From an uncultured archaeon (lineage in GTDB: Archaea > Asgardarchaeota > Lokiarchaeia > Sigyniarchaeales > SOKP01), in assembly GCA_964486045.1 (NCBI GenBank), contig CAZALK010000013.1, positions 1 to 46,740 on the forward strand: DNA of 46,740 nucleotides, read 5' to 3'. Positions 41,990 to 46,740 of the stretch are shown piece after piece. Each line of letters begins with the position of its first letter. Position 1 is the stretch's first letter. Position numbers and translations under genes: made by a program. The notes beneath the pieces were generated by a model, which saw only the letters and a program-made list of their open reading frames with translations, did not search any database and had not been told where the DNA came from.

Positions 41990-43492
41990 TCAGATTATCT
42001 TTTTGAATTTTTTCCGTTTTATAACTATTATAGCTATTCCCACAGCTAATGCAGCAGAAAAAATCTCAATCGGATAGCCTGGAATGCTTACTCCTTCCGA
42101 AGGTATTTCGAAATATGCAACAAAAACAGGATCATGAACTAAGTGACCTCCCCCGCTTTCTCCAAATTTTGGATAGCAAGTAATAAAGAAAGCTGCTGTT
42201 TCAGTAGGGTTGAAGGAATCATATGCATCTTCGAAAGGAATTCCGTAAGTAAATTGGTTAGTCTGATTAATTGCGTAACTAATCACTACTTTTGCGAAAT
42301 TTCCCATTAATGGAAGCATTCCCGATACAAATTCTATAAATTCTGAGTTGTCATTGACATCTAGACTTTCATAATAAACTGGATATGTACCCATTGCTGT
42401 TCCATTAATATCTGTAATTTCATATGTTGGTTTTTGACTAAATTTAAAATCAAACGCATGCGTTCCTCCTAAAGTAGTTTGAACTTCAGTTAGTCCTGTT
42501 GTATGTGTGCTTGCGTTGATATCTCCTACTGCCAAATCTGTTAAGGCATAATCTTGCCCAGCCATAATAAAGCTCCACGTTCCAAGAGCGAGAGCCCATT
42601 CATCTGGCATATATCCTTGGTCACCGTCATGGACTTCTACCCAAGGTTCTGTTTGATTTGATCTTATCATTAAAGATCCAAACTTACCAGTTTCATAGTT
42701 TTGGTATAAGGTTGATTCACCTAGTGCAGTATCAATTTCTAAAGAGTAAGTATAGGAAATATACGTTTGGTTTCCAATAGCAGACGATCCGCTGATATAT
42801 GTCCCTGGATCATCATACTGAAAACCCCATTCAAATCCAATTACTGTCCCATTATCAGAGTGGTTCGTTCGGGGAACATAAAAAATTATATCTGTATAAT
42901 TGTAACCCCAAGTATATGTAATAACTGAACCGCTTTCAGAACGCTGTAGGGGGGTTAGCGTGGTTTTCGGAGTAGACTTAATTCCTACCGAATTTTGCAT
43001 TTCAGATGTAGTTGATCCTAAATAGAAGAAAGGATTTATCGATTCCCCATCATCATAGAGATCATTGGAATTATTGTCAGTAAATCCAAACCAAGCACAA
43101 TGCATTGATGCTATTAAAATTTCTGAGCCATTTATATAAAAATGTTGCCACCAAAATTGAGCGGGAGTAGTATAAGTTGAAATTGCTCCATCTTCATAAT
43201 TTGTTTTGTTCATAAATGCTAACATTCCCATCTCAAAATTACCCTCTTTAATCCATTTAATGTTCCAAGTATTATTGATCCAACTAGTCTCATTATTAAC
43301 TTCGGGATGATCCCATCTAGAATTATTGAAAACATTTGTGTCCCAAAAGTTTTCTTCGAAATCATGACCATTAAAAAGTTCATCTTGTGTTGGAATACCA
43401 TCTTGTGCAGTGATATTAAGAGTAAACAACCCTATAACCAATATAGTACAGAAAAATAGGACAAATAATCTGGTTTTTTGATAATATTGCAT
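41990..43492 (-). CDS. secreted surface glycoprotein with a Loki-CTERM-like anchor
   Basis: Signal peptide, many NxS/T sequons, C-terminal SIPGYP + TM + KRKK. Confidence 0.75.
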   Translation of the reverse strand: MQYYQKTRLFVLFFCTILVIGLFTLNITAQDGIPTQDELFNGHDFEENFWDTNVFNNSRWDHPEVNNETSWINNTWNIKWIKEGNFEMGMLAFMNKTNYEDGAISTYTTPAQFWWQHFYINGSEILIASMHCAWFGFTDNNSNDLYDDGESINPFFYLGSTTSEMQNSVGIKSTPKTTLTPLQRSESGSVITYTWGYNYTDIIFYVPRTNHSDNGTVIGFEWGFQYDDPGTYISGSSAIGNQTYISYTYSLEIDTALGESTLYQNYETGKFGSLMIRSNQTEPWVEVHDGDQGYMPDEWALALGTWSFIMAGQDYALTDLAVGDINASTHTTGLTEVQTTLGGTHAFDFKFSQKPTYEITDINGTAMGTYPVYYESLDVNDNSEFIEFVSGMLPLMGNFAKVVISYAINQTNQFTYGIPFEDAYDSFNPTETAAFFITCYPKFGESGGGHLVHDPVFVAYFEIPSEGVSIPGYPIEIFSAALAVGIAIIVIKRKKFKKII

Positions 43493-43848
43493 TTATATCA
43501 TTCTCTAATTTTAGAAGAAATTTTAAATAATCAAAAAAACTTCGCTTATTTAAATCTATTTAAATAAGGTTTTTCAATTTACAAGCTAAAATCATCGACC
43601 GGGTTCCTTATTGTTATTTAATATACCTTTTGGATGTCAATCATCTATAGGATTGAAGTTTAGAAGTTTACATAAAATTTAAAACACGAAAAATGATAAA
43701 ATTTTTATTATTTGTTATCATACATTTCATACAGTGGAAGAGTCACTACCCTATTTTTTAAAATTAGCAGTCTATAATCAGTTTAGAGGATGTTTTCTCC
43801 TATGAGTTCTCGATCTTCCTTAAAAGAAATGTGTAACATTACTAACAT

Positions 43849-43854
43849 GGAGGT
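43849..43854 (+). promoter_or_regulatory. Shine-Dalgarno site of rpoA1
   Basis: GGAGGT 9 nt upstream of ATG 43864. Confidence 0.75.
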
Positions 43855-43863
43855 AAATAGCAT

Positions 43864-46740
43864 ATGAGCTATACTTTTTCAAGAACCAAATTAATAGAAA
43901 AAATCAAATTTGGACTTTTAAGTCCAGATGAGATACGAAAAATGTCTGCCGCTCGTATTATTACAGCAGACACTTATGATGAAGATGGTCTTCCGATACC
44001 AAGTGGTTTAATGGATCAAAGATTGGGTACAATCGAGCCTGGTCAACGATGTCAGACATGTGGAAATCTAGTTAGTAACTGTATGGGACACTTTGGACAT
44101 TGTGAGAAACAATTAGTTTCTTACGTCTAAATAGAGTTAGCCCGTCCAGTTATTCATGTAGGATATGCGAAAAAAGTACTTAAAGTCCTAAGATCTATAT
44201 GTCCTGAATGTTCTAGATTAATGCTCACAGACGAGGAAAAGGAGGAATTTCGTCAAGAACAAATAAAACATAGAAAGATCTTTTTTGAGGGAGATGAAGA
44301 GGCTTCTAAAATAGTATTCAAGCGTGCAAGGAAAACTAAAAATTGTCCGTATTGTGGTGCTAAAAAAAAGAAGATTGTTATTGAAAAACCAACCACTTTT
44401 TATGAAGAGGAAGAAGGAAAGGGATCTCGCAGAATAACTCCTATTGAGATTTTAGACCGATTAAAAAAAATGACTGATATTGATCTTAGAGTCTTAGGTA
44501 TTTCACCCGAAAATGCCCGGCTTGAATGGGTAATTTTTACTGTACTACCTATCCCTCCTGTATGTGCACGCCCTTCAATTACATTGGACAGTGGTATTAG
44601 GTCAGAAGATGATTTAACTCATAAATTAGTAGATGTTATAAGAATTAATCAAAGATTAAGGGAAAATATAGACGCAGGAGCTCCTCATCTAATTGTAGAA
44701 GATCTCTGGGAATTATTACAATATCATATTACCACATATTTTGACAATCAAGTTTCTGGGATACCTCCTGCTAGACATCGCTCAGGGAGAGCACTTAGAA
44801 CGTTGACTCAAAGATTAAAAGGCAAAGAAGGGAGATTTAGAAGTAATTTAAGTGGGAAAAGAGTCGATTTTTCTGCAAGAAGCGTAATTTCACCAAATCC
44901 TTATATAAGCATTAACGATGTGGGTGTACCTATAGAAATTGCGAAAATTTTAACCATACCTACTAATGTTAATGATTGGAATATTGAGGAAATGAAGCAA
45001 ATGGTCTTAAATGGACCTCATCATCACCCTGGGGCCAATTATATTATACGGAATGATCGTAGAAGAATTGACTTACGCTATGTTAAAAATCGCAAGATTA
45101 TCGCTGATATGTTAGCGCCAGGGTTCACTGTTGAACGACATTTGAATGAGGGAGATTTAGTTTTGTTCAATCGTCAACCCTCACTTCATAGGATGTCTAT
45201 AATGGCACATGAGGTAAAAATTATGGATGGAAGGACTTTTAGATTAAATTTAACTGTATGCCCTCCATATAATGCTGATTTTGATGGGGATGAGATGAAT
45301 TTACATGTACCCCAAAGTGAGGAAGCCCGAACAGAAGCAGAATTGCTTCTTAAAGTACAAAACCATATATTATCCCCCCGGTTTGGAGGCCCTATTTTAG
45401 GTGGGATTCAAGATTTTATTTCAAGTGTTTTTCAATTCACAAGTAAGAATTCGTTATATAATAAAAAAGATACATTAAAATTATTGTATAATGGAGATGT
45501 GTTCATTAATAACCCTGATTTTAATCTAGAAGAATTAACTCCTTCAATTACAAATCCAGAACCTTTATATTCTGGTAAAGAAATATTTAGTAGTTTATTT
45601 CCTGATGATTTAAACATAAAAGTTAAGTCAAAATTTTGTAAAAAATGTGATGTGTGTGAAGAAGATAACTGCTCTTATGATGCTTATGTCGTAATTAGAA
45701 ACGGAAAGCTGTTAACTGGAACAATCGATGAAAATTCTTTTGGTGCTATGCAATCTAATAGTATTCTTCAGAGAATTATTAAAGATCATGGAAATGCCCT
45801 TGGAAGGCAATTTTTAGATAGTGCCACTAAAATGCTATTGTATGTAATTAGACAAAATGGAATAACTATGGGATTAGATGAGGTTTATGTCCATGGTCAT
45901 GCTTATGAACATATTCAAAAAATTTTAGAGGATGCTACTGATGAATCTAACAAACTTATTAAAGCATTTTATGAAAATGATACTTCTGTTCTAAAAAGAG
46001 CTCCAGGGAGATCAATGAGAGAAACTTTAGAATTGCGAATTCGTCAAGTATTGGCAGAGGCACGTAAGGAAGCAGAAGAGTCCGCTGCTGACTTCATAGG
46101 GGATGAAGCCCATTCAGTTATCATGACTAAATCAGGTGCAAGGGGAAACATATTAAACTTGGGACAAATGTCTGCTGTAGTAGGTCAACAAGCTATTAGA
46201 GGCGAGAGAATTAACCGAGGTTATGGTAATAGAACTCTACCACATTTTAAAGTTGATGATCTCTCCCCTAAATCCAGAGGTTTTGTTTCATCATCTTATA
46301 GAAATGGATTAAAACCAGCAGAATTCTTTTTTCATGCTATGGGGGGAAGAGAAGGGCTTGTTGATACAGCAGTGAGAACATCTCAGAGTGGTTATATGCA
46401 ACGAAGATTAGTGAATGCATTACAAGATATGGTTGTAGAAAATGACGGAACTGTTAGGAATTCCGATAAAAATATAATCCAATTCCGATTTGGTGATGAT
46501 GGAATTGATGCAATGCATACCGATCATGGAGCAGCAGTAAATCTAGATGTTTTATTGCTAAAAGCTAAAGCATTAGATGTAGAGAAGATTCGTAAAGAGG
46601 TAAAGGAAGCTTCTTCTACTAAAAAGGCTTCTTCTACTAAAAAGGCTTCTTCTACTAAAAAGGCTTCTTCTACTAAAAAGGCTTCTTCTACTAAAAAAGC
46701 TTCTTCTACTAAAAAAGCTTCTTCTACTAAAAAAGCTTCT
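43864..46740 (+). CDS. rpoA1: DNA-directed RNA polymerase subunit A' (Rpo1N); join(43864..44100,44131..>46740), runs off the window
   Basis: Exon 1 ..[13 protein letters not shown]; exon 2 [62 protein letters not shown]; exon 2 is open for 870 codons. Confidence 0.96.
44101..44130 (+). other. putative bulge-helix-bulge (archaeal-type) mRNA intron, 30 nt
   Basis: GGAC/GTCT 4-bp central helix, 3-nt bulges AT^T and AA^A, 9-bp intron stem; excision gives CAT|ATA (GHFGH-IEL) and removes the in-frame TAA. Confidence 0.85.
46609..46740 (+). repeat. 18-bp coding tandem repeat GCTTCTTCTACTAAAAAR (ASSTKK), at least 7.3 copies
   Basis: 4 units ending AAG, 3 ending AAA, and a partial unit at the window edge; in frame with rpoA1. 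Confidence 0.95.

Noticed and set aside
43864-44130. 88-aa stand-alone ORF, or rpoA1 as a pseudogene
   Set aside because: This is exon 1 plus the intron; the downstream 870 codons are intact with all catalytic motifs.
44101-44130. Intein or stop read-through
   Set aside because: Ten codons is far too short for an intein despite the leading Cys, and read-through would leave 10 extra residues in the conserved zinc-binding motif.
44102-44134. Spliceosomal-like GTGAG...CTAAATAG intron overlapping the rpoA1 insertion
   Set aside because: Removing these 33 nt creates CAT-TAG (a stop), and the next AG shifts the frame; the BHB boundaries restore the protein.
5021-45617. Short antisense or overlapping ORFs in the track (e.g. 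5021, 7280, 7582, 8502, 9655, 10088, 15423, 16058, 36704, 39142, 45432)
   Set aside because: Shadows of longer, motif-supported genes.
46609-46740. CRISPR array
   Set aside because: Head-to-tail 18-mers with no spacers, in frame in a CDS.

Overview
AT-rich archaeal DNA, most consistent with an Asgard archaeon of the Lokiarchaeia type. The evidence is an HMf-type histone, a Rab-like small GTPase, a Loki-CTERM-like anchored protein, a ubiquitin-like domain, WD40/LRR remnants and archaeal RNAP subunit A'. About 3.3-35.4 kb is an accessory, defence-like island with many HEPN, Schlafen/AlbA_2, PD-(D/E)xK and HNH genes plus pseudogene debris. It is bracketed by copies of a non-coding repeat, and no integrase or transposase is visible. 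From 36 kb onward the genes are housekeeping-type. Top finding: the essential rpoA1 (Rpo1N) gene is interrupted inside the GHFGH|IEL motif by a 30-nt stop-containing insertion (44101-44130). The insertion folds into a bulge-helix-bulge whose canonical endonuclease cut sites excise it exactly, making it a candidate tRNA-type (EndA/RtcB) mRNA intron in RNA polymerase. The same protein runs into an (ASSTKK)n tandem repeat at the window end. Other highlights are a toxin-like protein with an embedded ubiquitin-like domain, a four-gene Panacea-like/TM/nuclease/TGT-like operon, and several dispersed non-coding repeats. All family assignments come from motif recognition by eye; no database search was run.
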